DNA of 64,000 nt from Podarcis gaigeae (Eukaryota), in assembly GCA_964106915.2 (NCBI GenBank), contig OZ066916.1; one strand, written 5' to 3'. A program made the translations under genes and the position numbers. This document shows positions 35,513-48,962 of the stretch, in pieces (the stretch's first letter is position 1; each line of letters starts with the position of its first letter). Under the pieces are notes generated by a model that was not told the origin of the DNA, did no database searches, and worked only from the letters and a program-made list of their open reading frames with translations.

Positions 35513-37751
35513 TGACAAAATACTAATTCTTAATATTTGCCATTGAAAGGGTTAAAAAAGAAGTAACATTGGTACAAAAAAAGGGAAAGTTTAGTAGTCA
35601 TTATTTCATTGAAAGCTTTGTACACTCAAGTTACAGCTTAAGGGCCTTAGGGAAAAAGACATGTTTAGAAGGCTGGTCCAGAGTAGGGCACAACAGTTAT
35701 GTAAGAGCTTAGTATAAAATTGGCATTGCCAAAAATGCAACTTATTGAGTGGAACCCAGTTGGGGTCACTTTGCTGACAAAAGGCATCCACCAGTAGAAC
35801 AGGGAGAGAGGCCTTTATTTATTATTGATTCTCAGCTTTGCAGTTCCCTGTCATCACCAAATTTGTCCTGAAGGCTTAGGGGTTCATCAAGACAGACATG
35901 GGAGGAGGCACTGCCACTAACCGTCTCCTTCCTCATTCCCCTGTCAGCAAATCCTTCTCTCAGCAGAGTAACACCAAACTAGCTTTCACTGATTGTTGCT
36001 TATTTTACTAAAGGAGATTAAAGACATTAGACCACTATTGACAGAGTTGAGGAACCTGTGGCCCTTTGAGTGTTGTTGGACTAACTCCCATTATACCTGA
36101 CCGGGGGCCATGCTAGCTGGGACTGATGGAAACTGAGACCCACTACTATATGGAAGGCCACAGGTTTCACAGCCTTGCTTTACACCAAAAATTTCTTCCT
36201 ATCTACCTAAGAGTATCACATCTTTCTTAAGGATGCTGGGACAAGTACAAGGCAAAACAGTGTGAAGGAAACTCCAGTCTTTTCAGCATTTTGTAAAGAT
36301 GCTTTACAGGCATACTTTTAAAAATGATTTAGTTGTAAAATAACCCCATATTTCCTGTTAGATTGTTTCCTGTTAGATTAGTGTAAAGTAGAATCCTCCT
36401 TTGTAGTCTTCGTTTTCCTTCTTGTAAAATACATCAGTTCATCTACCCATTTTTCTTTGTATTTCTTTCTTTTTGGTTTTATTAAATTCTATTTTTCCTT
36501 CCAAGGCCTTTCCATTTCTCCCTTTCCATGGGCTCCAGCTGGAATCCTTGGTGAAGAAACCTTCCTTAGCCAGCAAGAGGGCAGGATTCACGGAGAAAAA
36601 CTTTTCTTATAGTGCCTTCAACCTTAAGAATTAGACAGCAGCCCTGTCTTGGCAAAATATGCCAGATCCTTTCATCCTCTAGAGCCAACTCTGCATTATC
36701 AACTCTTAACTTATGCAGGGCAAGTCTAGTATCACAGCATCATTTTCTCTTGTTTTATGACCATTTCACAGAACTACTTTGCTGGAGCTGCCACAAAGCA
36801 GAAAAGTAGTGCTAGGAAGTGGCACAACACTGCTTCCAGCAGTTGAGGTTTTGCTTCAATCATTCATTGGGAGCTTGAGACAAAATTTAAGACCCATCCC
36901 CCTAAATCCTCCAATCCGTGCAGATAATCTGGCATGAGGGAGATCTTCACATGGAGCATGCTGCTGTTCACAAGAGTCAATATATTTGTTTGTCTTTTTA
37001 AGAATATATTCTAATAAAGCTTTCTTATACTATTTTCTGACTTAGGACTTGCTTGAATAAGGCATACATTTCAGTATATTCAGTGGCCATCTCCATATAA
37101 ATTATGCAACAGAGTCCAATCATATATTACTTGAAACTTAGTCATATACTGCAGTCACCAAGACTTCATTTCAAGTAATATGATCAGAATATAATTTGTG
37201 AAATACAAAACATACTGTGATGATTATTTTAAAAAATCAATTTCCTAGTATAAAATTTAAGAGACATTACTCCAAAGTAAGGAGTTTAGCTTAGTTTCAT
37301 CTTTTTATAATGGGTTCCTGCAAGTGATTATTTATACAACTGTTTGCATACTTCTCTAGAATAAAACAGTGTTTTCACTGTAAAGACAAGCCATTGCAAC
37401 ATTAGAAAATACCCCTGTTTATTTATTATTAAGAAATACAAAGTGGCACTTATTTCCACTTATTCCCCATGCTTTCAGCTTCAATTTTTTAACGAGAAAA
37501 CAGAAGTCTTACAGCAGCCTTATAAAGTTTCTCATGTCACAGCTGAAGTTAAATGACAGCAGTGGAGAAAATACGGGTGATGCAAAATATAGCCTGTCCA
37601 ATTCCTCTTATCACATGATGGATCTTTCTTCCTGTTTGGCTTGCAGCAGCAATAGTTTTTGGTCATGTCACCCTCATCAAGCCTGACACAACTTGAAGTT
37701 GACTTTGTTGCTCCAATCAAAGGCTGATCCTCATGCATACCAGTTGACACT

Positions 37752-38012
<261 letters not shown>

Positions 38013-38599
38013 TCATCTTAATACTTCATATTTAACTGAATGATCCCTCATGGTAAATGAAAAGTTAATTCTAAAAAAGGAAATATTCTGTTATATGAAT
38101 CATAAAATGATTCATGCACCATTGTCTTTTTTTTTTTGCAACGTTTATGATTTTAATAAGGCTATCAAATAGATTTACTGTTTTTCCCACCATGTAAATT
38201 GAATGAAATCATGTCATATGAGCAAACGTCTGCTCTCTCACCATGACTTTTCTTCTCCTCACCTTGCTGCCTTCACTCTCCACCTCCAAAATCTGCTGGG
38301 GGTGGGGTGCGGGGGCTACACAGCAGGGGGGAAAGGAAGCCCCACTGTGCAAACAAGGGTCTCTCTATTCATGCACAGGAACCATTGGATACAACCTACT
38401 GCATGTATTCAACTAAGTGTTACTCAAAGTACACATAGTGAAATGAATGTTTACTTAGGTTTGAGTGGAACTACAAAGTAAGTGCACAATAATCACAATT
38501 AAATAATAATAATTCACAAGGCACAGTGGGAGGGGATTATTTTAAACATTTCTATATAGGCCTTCATTTTAAAAGATTCCAGGTAGATAATAAAATAAT

Positions 38600-38955
38600 T
38601 AAAACCTAATACAATGCACTTCTTGGTAGCTGCTCCCAAAGTCCCTCCTTACAGAAGTTTGAACTGGCTCCCTCCTTGTTGTCCTTCTGCTGGCAGCTGA
38701 ATGCCTTCTTATTCCAGCACTTTTGGGAACTGACTGATTTTAATGAAAGGGCTGGTGCCATGCTCTTTTTATTGTAATACTCTGTATATTTTTAATAATT
38801 TTAAATATGTATATATAGTTTTAATTTTATGACTGTTTAATTGTTCTTAAATGATGCAACTCCTATGTTTTTAGCTGTTTCTATTTAATTGGTAGGCCAC
38901 CTTGAGTCCCTGACAGGGAAAAAGGTGGGGTATAAACAAACAAACAAACAAACTT
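38600..38955 (+). mobile_element. L2 LINE 3' end remnant with (AAAC)n tail
   Basis: gtagctgctccc..ctggctccctccttgttgtcctt..ttattccagca and gtaggccaccttgag..ggggtataaac(aaac)n. Confidence 0.6.
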
Positions 38956-40772
38956 ATAATAATACAGAACAAATAAAACAATTAAAAATTACAAAGCACA
39001 CTGTGAGATAATTAGAAGAATGAGCAATTATTCAAATTAAAATACGTTGGTAAATAAAAATGTCTTAACCTAGCGCTGAAAAGACACTGGGTATACCACT
39101 TTAGTGAGGGCTTTCAAAAGCTGGGGCACCACCACCGAGCAAGCCCTGTTCTTTACATTACATACCTCCACTAACAAAAGCAATTAGAATAGGCCTGAGT
39201 GGAACATCTTAAGACAGAAACAAAGGTGAAAATCCTAGTGGGCAGAGTACACTAGTTGGAATGGTTGGATGTGTGTAACTATAGGGTACAATCCAACTGG
39301 CTCCTTTGTGATCATGGAAGGGCCTTGGATCCAGCAGAGCCACCCACTCACTAACAGAAAGGGGGATTGTTGCTGTTCCCCCTCCTAGCCCCTGTCCCCC
39401 CAAAATTATGAAAACATGAATAGCTCTAACAGCACACTTTTTACTTCTATGTATCAGTAAAAATCCAGCTAATTGAATCCAAGCTGTGAAGAACCACATG
39501 CCTGGGGTTTGCACTGCATACATCATGCTGAAGGATTTCTGCCTCAGACACTGTGGTAATAGTCGGTGGGGTCAGGTCAAAGAGGGTTAAACTGAGTCAG
39601 GATATAGCCAGCCAAAAGGAATCCATCAAACACTGACTTTAAAAGGGCAATTAATCTTAGGCAGAAAATGCTTCCTGGGGAATGAGATCTCAATCTTAAG
39701 AGCACACTACATGATGTAGCAGTAAAAAAGTACATATACAAGCTTAGAGAGCTTTTATCCCATGATCACAAACAGAAGGGGAGTGCTGTTTGTAAGAAAA
39801 ATACAAAGCTTAATACTTTAAATTTCTTCCGGGCTTCTATCTGTGAGAAATGAATAAAATCATAGCGCCTACAATGTATGCCTGGCCTACTTAAATATTT
39901 AATGAATTTAGGCAGAATAAAATGATTTAAGTTGTGAGTCCAAGGCACAGGGAATATTCTGATAGAGAGAAATAGTGGCAATACGTACACAGTAACATTG
40001 CTACAGAATACATTTCAGACTGAAATGATGGCATCATACCCATGCAGTCCTATTCTGACAATATGAAGAGTGGGTAGGTGGAAATGAAGCCAACATCACC
40101 ATCTAGAAGTGCTTCCCACTGTATGACACTCTGCAGATATCTATTATCTGATCCAAGAAATTGCCCAACTGATAAATGATAGGTCCAAAGAGAGAGTATT
40201 ACTGAGGTCTGCCACTGTCACTAGTAGTGGGCAGATTTATCAGAGTAAGTATATTCTTGAAAAATAGGTTTTCTGATGCACCTTTCTTTAAAACCAGACA
40301 CTAGATATACTTAGCATGCAAATCTCAGACTGCATCGTTTTAGTAACCACTGATAGTGCTAACCTATTGTCCTAATTTTCAAAATGTTCAAGCTTAATTC
40401 TAAATTAACCCAAATCTATAACAATTAAGGGTTGCCCAGCCAAGATACTCAGTACTGCCCAACATGCCTAGGATTAAGTTCAAGCAACCCTACTCTTTTT
40501 CTCACACGTGGTGCACTATTGCCGATTCAAAAATGCATGGTTTGCTACATCTACATTTTGTAGAATATTTTCAGTATAATTGTCTTTCAATTAACTTTTG
40601 TATCTCAGTTATATTTCAAGACTGAGACAACTTTAACTCTGCTAGTAAAGTATGTTTAAAAAGGACTGTAATTGATTTTACTACACAGCAATCCAGATAA
40701 TAATTTAAATAGCAGCTGATCAAAAATCATTTTCCCTGGAGCCTACAAAGTACAAGCGTTATCATATTTTCA

Positions 40773-40943
<171 letters not shown>

Positions 40944-42043
40944 CTATCTTACATCAGTATAATGGATAAAATAGGCTCACTGTGAAATACTGCAAACAAA
41001 TTGGCTCTGCAGGTTACAAGAATCTCTAAAACTCAATTTATATGACTTTCTTTGATACTTTATACACAGGAATTTTACTGACAGTAGTAGTAGTTGACAT
41101 TTTAATGCTGATATATGTTGGACTGGGCAATAGGAAAGAAAGATGAAGGTGGTGATCAGAGGAAAGGTGTCATCTACTCTTAAGTTTACTCTAGTTTGCA
41201 AAGAGTAACTGCTGTATATAAGTCTATGGAATGGTTCTCAAGCAACGCTAAACCTTGCTTTAACATTAAAAGGATGAGCATAGGGTAACCTCAGGCTTGC
41301 ACTCTGGCCCCACCAGCAAAGCTGTAAGTAGACTGGAAGCCTCCATTTCCAACTAATCACAGTTCAGCATTATGTCCAAACCCTAAACTATGGTTAGTAT
41401 CAACTACAGTTTTGTAGAAACAAGCCAGCTTCTTATACTACAGTTTGCTGGGTTTGATAACACAGCTACTGGGAGTTAATCAGGAACAGAAGTTAAAGGT
41501 TCTAACCTTCTCTTTGTAGTGATCCCAGAGGAGGGAGCAATCACAAGGCCCACCTGTGGCTCATTCTCATAAGACATTTCTATGGTTTAGCATTACATCT
41601 GGGTCAGCCATGTACCACATCAAACTTCATGTGTGAGGTGGGGCAATAAATTCATTTTGAATTGAATTTTACCATAAGAATTTTACCTACTTTGTACTTA
41701 TGTCTCAGCTAGAATTAAAAACTGGGAGAGATGTAGTAGTTAAACACGGCAGAGTTATCTTAAACTAATATGCATAATTATAAAATATAGGTCACTCGCA
41801 ACTTGGACAGGTGTTACGTTATAGGGATGGTGTGTATATGCAAAAAAGGTGTAGTCAAGCCATCCCCTTGGAACAGCTCCCATGTAAGCAATCTTACCTT
41901 CCAGAGCTGATGCGCCAAATAGGTCTCACCTCCCAAACAAGCAAACCACTTTTAAGCGCTCGGCCTTGCTTACTGTGCTCTGGGACGAAATTTTGCAGGA
42001 TAGTATCTGTGGTCTCCTGAGAGCCTCCCAGAGCCTGGTAAGC

Positions 42044-42133
42044 CATAGCTGTCAACTTTTCCCTTTTCTTGCGAGGAATCCTATTCGGAATAAGGGAATT
42101 TCACTTTAAAAAGGGGAAACGTTGACAGCTATG
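42044..42133. mobile_element. 90-bp MITE with 13-bp perfect TIR and 9-bp TSD
   Basis: ctggtaagc|CATAGCTGTCAAC...GTTGACAGCTATG|ctggtaagc. Confidence 0.9.
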
Positions 42134-42752
42134 CTGGTAAGCAAGGCAGGGCACTTAAAATCTCTTTCTGTTGAACTCTATGCTTTCTGTGCATTTAACC
42201 TGTGTGATTTCAACTGTAGCTTTGTTCACAGGTATCTTCGACTAAATATCACCAAGTCTCCTTGGTAAGGACATTGGCTTACATACATTGTTTAAAATCC
42301 AGTTAAGCCAGCAGTTTATACAGGATGTAATCATAACATAAAAAACACAACCCACAAATTACAATTCAAGAAAGCCAACAGACTTACTAGTCTTTACATC
42401 TACATAAAAGAATGGGTTCTCTAATTGTATTTAAACCACTGCAAATTACTTTACATGTTGAACCCACACTGTAACCATATTATGATTTCCATATGTCAAC
42501 AGCTTAACAGTATAAGAACTGTAGTCCTTCTTTGGATATATCAGCATGCAAACCCCCCCCCCCAAAAAAAAGACTCTAAAGAATAAATTTAACAGAAGTA
42601 TTTCATAATTTAACCAAAAAATAATAATCCCAAAAAGTTTATTTTAAATTAAAAGAGAAATTAATTTTTTTGCTATGTTAATAAATGTTCTACCCATTCA
42701 TACTGTGAATTCCTGCAGTCAGTACCTGCTTCGCATGCTCAAGTTCATGACA

Positions 42753-43052
42753 TCAAATAGAGGTGTGTGTATATATGTGTGTGGGTGTCTTTCTTCTCTC
42801 TCGCACGCTGAAGGGCATCAAGCCCACTGTCACCGTGATGAAGATGAGATTGATATACCGCGGAAACAACTCATTGTGGAGATGATAGAGGGGAGCAAGA
42901 AGGAAGGTACAGAGCTCCATCTTCTCACACCAATCATGCCACCACTGTAGCAATGTCAGCACTATGGTGAAAATGACTGAGGCGATGAAGTGGAACCATG
43001 ACATCCCACACCAAATGTGTTGCCTCATCATCTCTTCAACTCCAAAAAGAGC
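42753..43052 (-). CDS. Candidate unannotated alternative terminal exon of ATG5 (99 aa, hydrophobic)
   Basis: ccttacccctcccaatcaactttgatag|GCT; phase 0 matching the exon 6 donor; open to TGA at 42753; AATAAA at 42638-42643. No transcript evidence. Confidence 0.4.
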   Translation of the reverse strand, partial: ALFGVEEMMRQHIWCGMSWFHFIASVIFTIVLTLLQWWHDWCEKMELCTFLLAPLYHLHNELFPRYINLIFITVTVGLMPFSVRERRKTPTHIYTHTSI

Positions 43053-43379
43053 CTATCAAAGTTGATTGGGAGGGGTAAGGGTGTTTTGTTTTGTTTTGTT
43101 TTGTTTTTAATTATTCAAACATTTTCCACAGTTGCAATGACTGCTAGAGGCTGGCTGCTCAACCGAGATGTTATAAACAGTTTTGTCAATATACGTTTCT
43201 GTAAGACATTACTCCATAATCTTTATTGCTACAATTTGAAATACAAGACACAATCACTTGCCACAGAGGCCCATTACTACAACTAATCCCAAATAACAAA
43301 ACCTTCACAGCTTAATGCAACCCCTCCCCCTCAAAAAAGAACACTACTCCCAGAAATCCAGGTAAAGAAGATTTACATA

Positions 43380-43725
43380 CACATGGGCTCATACCAAGTC
43401 ATATTCTGAAAACACATATATATTGTAACTATACTGTGTCTTTCACCTCCCCTAATCCCTTTTCTACTGTGTTCAGCACTCTGAGTGCTCACTGTCCAGC
43501 TGAGGCATTTAGAAGATTCCTGGAGGTAGAATATAGCCAGTGATAGATTTTTATCATCTATAAATTTGTCCAAACACCTTTTAACATCACTAAATTGGTG
43601 GCTATTGACACATCTTGTGGCACTGAACCCTTCAGCTTAGCAATGTGCTTATATTTTCAATGATTTCAGCTATAGTATTTGCCAACAATTGGAAATAATC
43701 AGATTTCATGTCATCTGCAAATACT
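43380..43725 (-). mobile_element. Degenerate CR1 fragment
   Basis: agccagtgatagat..aatttgtccaa..ttggtggc.att.acacatcttgtggca and atgtcatctgcaaa (FADD motif on -). Confidence 0.5.
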
Positions 43726-45680
43726 AAATTGCATACAACACACACACTTTAAAGTACGATTTGCTGAAAGCTAATAATTATATAGTTCTTAAGGAATTTG
43801 AAACAACTATACACGCAGCACACCCATAGCGGAAACCTTTAGTTGTCATGGTCTGTTATTTCCTAAAATGTTATCATTATGTATACAACAGTATCAAAGT
43901 AATGTCAGTGATACTTAACCTAAATAATATGAATGTCTCAAAGACTGTGGTTGAATTAAGGGCAGCCATTAGAATTACACACACATCTGGAATGAAGTTA
44001 GGACTTATTTATTTTTATACAGTAATGTTTATTACAATTTTGTCTAGACAATATAATGCTGAAAAGATTTTGGTCACAAATAGTTTAGGGACAATTTTCC
44101 TAATCATATGTGGGCAACAACCCATGTCTTCCTCATATCCTTTGATTTGGCAGGATATGCTGTAAGGAGTAAATGTAACTTTCTGATCTCCTACATGATT
44201 AAGAGCAGCATTATTTCAAGAATTGTGGATAAATTATGGCAAATGTTTAGACTGAGTATCCCACACAGTCTGCTTACGAATCTCTTACCCACCTTCTTCA
44301 AGATGCCACCCAAAAAACCTTAATTTTACTTGCAGTTTGTTCAAATTTCTTGTATTCCTTCAATAACTAACACAAATTACAATGGTTGCAGTGTTTATAA
44401 AAAACTGCAACTGCCTTGGCATGGCATAGCAAAGCTTATGCAGGCAGCTAAAATGAGGTGTATGAACATAGTTCTGGCTTTTCTTCCTTCTTGAATGGAA
44501 AAGTATTAATCAGCATAGGAAAAATTAAGTTGGTTAAAGTACAATTACATTAGGCAGCTACAGCCATTAGCTTCTTTGGTATCATATGCTGGTAGAACCA
44601 ATGACAGCAGAGTGATCACACAGACAAAACTTGGAAAACTTAGAACAGACATGGTAAAGTAGGGACCCAGGGTACTTAACGACTGTAAATGGAATCCAAC
44701 TTTTAAAATTGTGATTGCTGGAGACCATGGTCTGGGTTGTAAGACAAGTTAACATAAGGAAGCCCATAGAAGGAAAGTTTCCTGTCCCCTCCTCCTCCTG
44801 TGATCACTTGCCGCCACTCTGAAAAAAAAGTCTCTTCAGAGGATCAGGAGTCCTATTAAACTTAATAGTGCTGCAGAAGCTGGATTAATTTGGGAACAGA
44901 GGGGAGGTCAATATTAGATTGTTATTGTTATTAAGCTTATTACATTGCATTCCCCAAACAAACACTATTCCTGCTACTGTTGTATAACTTTCCGAAACAG
45001 GAGGAAAGAAACACAATAAAATTACCTAATTTGAACTAAATCCTGAAGTTGTTATAACAACACTTCTCACCACTGTGGCAAAGGGTAAGAGAAGATTGCT
45101 GATTGCAAGAAAGCAACAGGTATAACACAGGGCTATGTATGCCCAGAGTCTTGTGTGAATGAGATGTGGAACAAGGCACATAAAAGCCAGATGTCTACTC
45201 AGACAGATCAGGCAGGCTAGTTGCACAAGAGAAGAGTGCTGACATGACACCTCATCAGGTGAGGCAATGGTGATAGCAGGATGCAGCAGCTGTAACAGCT
45301 AACTGGGGCAATGGAGTAGCCACTATACACCTGCCTTCCCCTCCAATGGGAATGGGTTACCTCTGACCAGGTATAACCCAGGTTTAAGCTTGGGTACCAG
45401 GGGCAAATCACAACTGGCATCTATGTCAGTCTGCCTGAACAGTTCAAAGGTAGGGGTTAGAGTTACCCACACCTTCAAATGGTCTGAACAGAAAAGCATG
45501 CATGGCAGATCCTTAAACAAAAGTTATGCCCTGTTTAATACCATTTATTCGTGTTTGCCTCTTCCTTCTTCCCAGAGCAAAAGGTCTCAACAAATATAAG
45601 AACTGGTCAGCTTTTCCAAAATAGAAAAGACTATGCAACATGTATGTGAAAAATGATTTTTTTAAAAAATTATCCTTTAC

Positions 45681-45775
45681 CTGATATATTCTAAATGGGA
45701 TGTAGCGAAATCCACTATCTTCTGGAGGGTACTCCATGAGTTTTCGGTTTATAGCCCAAAATTGATCAAATTTGT
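45681..45775 (-). CDS. ATG5: ATG5 exon 6 (95 nt)
   Basis: cag|AC AAA TTT..TAT CAG|gtaaag; (D)KFDQFWAINRKLMEYPPEDSGFRYIPFRIYQ. Confidence 0.97.
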
Positions 45776-46098
45776 CTGGGAAAAAATGAAAACAATATAC
45801 TTATGCAATGTTTTTATAGAATAGGGCATAAGAAAATTTCTATTTATTTTTTACTGTTGCAAGTTGCCTACAGAAAAGAAATAAAATGGAAGTATCCAAA
45901 CACTAGGGTTGCCATTCTCCCCAAAGTGATTTTTTTAAAAAAAAATAAAAATCCCCCTACTTGTCATATGTCTGTGTTTTCCTGGACATTTTGCTGCTTC
46001 AACAAAAATTGCCATTTCTCTTGAGCGATTCCTGGACGTGTTTTTACACTTGTGCATTTTTCTTATATGCTTCTTCATTTACAAGCTGAACTGAGCCC

Positions 46099-46255
46099 TG
46101 AGGGATAGCTCAATCGGTAGAGCATGAGACTCTTAATCTCAGGGTTGTGGGTTCAAGTCCCACGTTGGGTGAAAGATTTCAGAATTGCAGGGACTTGGAC
46201 TAGATGACCCCTGTGCTCCCTTCCAACCCTATAAACCTGTGATTCTGTGATTCTA
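46099..46255 (+). mobile_element. tRNA-Lys(CTT)-derived SINE with CR1-type 3' tail
   Basis: tagctcaatcggtagagcatgagactcttaatctcagggttgtgggttcaagtcccacgttgg is near-identical to tRNA-Lys-CTT but the acceptor stem cannot pair; followed by ttggactagatgacc..tcccttccaac..(gattctgt) CR1 tail. Confidence 0.85.
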
Positions 46256-47440
46256 ATGTTACATGCTACCTCAATCTCAAGGTCCAGGGGCTTATACAGG
46301 GCTTGTGTTTCTTTTGGAAATGAGGCACACTGGAGATTGTGGGGCCTTTAGGATAAACAAATGATTTACACATATATACAACCTGAGCCTACAATGGAGG
46401 GGCTTCCAGCATTACCCTTCAAGAGGGTCCTGCTTCTGCCATGGCCACAGTCCTGGATTCAAACTGTCAGCCCACATGGTGCTCTGACATCCCATCCCAC
46501 CCCATTTGAACAGTAGCATTTGGCACTGTATTGAATGATACTTGCAGAAGCTTTATTGAATCAAACTATTAAATCAACTATAAGTTAAACCCAAAGTTGT
46601 TATGGGCAGGATGACAAATGCATGTTTCATAGAAAAAGCAACTTGCAGATGTATCATTAACTATGAGGCAGTTATCACAACTGCTACTCTCTTTTCTTTT
46701 TGTGGTCATGAATTTTGTTTCAGAAAGAGGTTTAAAATCATCCCATCAATAATGAAAGCCATAATGAAAGCAATACTGAAAGATACAGCATGTATTTTAA
46801 AAAGTTCTCTTGGTTTCATAAGTTTTTCTTATTTCTCTTTTACTAAGGCCTGAAATATAAAATTAGTATTTGAAAGCTTTCAAAACATTATCTGTTGGGT
46901 TCCACAGGTGCAGTTTCCAATGACACACAGTGAAACCTGTACAACCAACATTTCTAAGCAACCTCTTATATTGGAATAACCACAGTGTTGTCCCAAACAA
47001 GCCAAAATAATCTTAAGATTTGAAGTAGAAGTGTAAGTGAAGAGAATCTTTGATAAACTGATTAAAGAACACAAACAAAACTTTAAAAGTTCCGATTTCT
47101 ATTTTTCTGCCTTTAAATGCTTTGAATACTTTCCATGATAAAGCCCAATCCTATGTGATTTTTTTTAGTCTTCTGCAAAGCTATTATTATGTACTCCAAA
47201 AACCCTTCCTCAAGACTGCCTGCATGGGTTCCTAATCAACAGGATCAAATGAGGGACGTTAACTTCTCACATCTAGATTGCCATATGTGGCTACTGCTGT
47301 GATGGAAAGTTTACGATTTTCTTTTACCACCCTCTATGAAACAGATCACACATCTGAACACTTGAACAAAAAGAAACTGTGTCAACATCCAATAACAAGA
47401 AGAAGGTTAGATAGTATTTAAATAACATACAGCACTAATA

Positions 47441-47682
47441 CAGTGGTACCTCGGGTTAAGAACTTAATTCGTTCTGGAAGTCTGTTCTTAACCTGAAACT
47501 GTTCTTAACCTGAAGCACCACTTTAGATAATGGGGCCTCCCGCTGCCGCCGTGCCACCACTGTGCGATTTCTGTTCTCATCCTTAAGCAAAGTTCTTAAC
47601 CCGAGGTACTATTTCTGGGTTAGAGGAGTCTGTAACCTAAAGCATCTGTAACCTGAAGCGTCTATAACCCGAGGTACCACTG
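47441..47682 (+). mobile_element. Tc1/mariner (Tigger-like) MITE, copy A
   Basis: TA|CAGTGGTACCTCGGGTTA...TAACCCGAGGTACCACTG|TA. Confidence 0.92.
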
Positions 47683-48296
47683 TACTTAAAACAAAAGGGC
47701 TAGAAAATATCATTTAGTCATACAACCATCAACTAAACTCTAAGCAGATCCAAAAGGTAAAGCTTCTTAGTTGTATAACACTAGCTATATCCACACCTCA
47801 TTTTTTAAACACTTGACATTTTAAGTATCAGTTATGATTCACATTCAGCTAAAATTATCTTAAGATAAGCATTTATCATTAGCCACTCAAAAAAGAAAAA
47901 TGACAAGCTATCATTTAAAAAATCATTGAACTCAGTGTGCTAAAATAAATACTGCACTTGCACACAGTCACAAAGCATGGTTTACTGCTACATGCATGAG
48001 CTGGAATGAGTTTCAGAAAACCTTTGGGCTCTCATGCTACATCCTCCTCTCCTCTTTTCCCATGCAATTGGGAAAAGGACCTTTCCTCTTTAGTTGCACT
48101 TTTACAGACTCAGGCTTGGCATACAACTCTGTCTGCTTTAGAACAAGCCAAATTCAAACCATGACTTATTCAAGTGGCCTGTTTTAACTAATCAGTTTGT
48201 GATAAAACAATGATCCCTGGTTTCTAACAAATCAAGATTCTGTGAAAATGAAACTAAATGTTAAGAGAAATGCCACATTATTTCAGCTCTAGCATA

Positions 48297-48338
48297 CAAC
48301 AACAAATCATAGTGAGTCAACAACAAATCATAGTGAGT
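48297..48338. repeat. 21-bp tandem duplication
   Basis: caacaacaaatcatagtgagt x2. Confidence 0.9.
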
Positions 48339-48378
48339 TGTATGCAAGCTGAGCCAAAGACTTAATTGCTTCACTTCA

Positions 48379-48555
<177 letters not shown>

Positions 48556-48736
48556 CTAAAAGAAGTACAAAATTATGATCATCCAAAGGCGAGTAGTTTA
48601 TCAACTCAACTTTTAATTTAGAGCAACAACCAAGACAAACCATGGTGAATAATTCCCAAGGGTTCCCAAGATAACTTTAACTGTGCAACTAAAGCTGCTT
48701 TAAACTAGGAAATGTATGATGCTCCAACTCCTAATA

Positions 48737-48962
48737 CAGTGGTACCTCAGGTTAAGTACTTAATTCGTTTCGGAGGTCCGTTCTTAACCTGAAACTGTTC
48801 TTAACCTGAAGCACCACTTTAGCTAATGGGGCCTCCCGCTGCCGCCGCGCCGCCAAAGCGCGATTTCTGTTCTTATCCTGAAGCAAAGTTCTTAACCTGA
48901 AGCTCTATTTCTGGGTTAGTGGAGTCTATAACCTGAAGCGTATATATCTCGAGGTACCACTG
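48737..48962 (+). mobile_element. Tc1/mariner (Tigger-like) MITE, copy B (same family and orientation as copy A)
   Basis: TA|CAGTGGTACCTC...GAGGTACCACTG|TA; interior nearly colinear with 47441-47682. Confidence 0.92.

Noticed and set aside
42675-42950. Plus-strand 91-aa ORF with DEDEID
   Set aside because: Its D/E/H/Q richness is what the antisense of hydrophobic C-ending codons gives; the minus frame has the splice and poly(A) signals.
46099-46171. Functional tRNA-Lys(CTT) gene
   Set aside because: 5' tgaggga cannot pair with the 3' ttgggtg end, and a CR1 tail follows instead of a T-run terminator; it is a SINE head.
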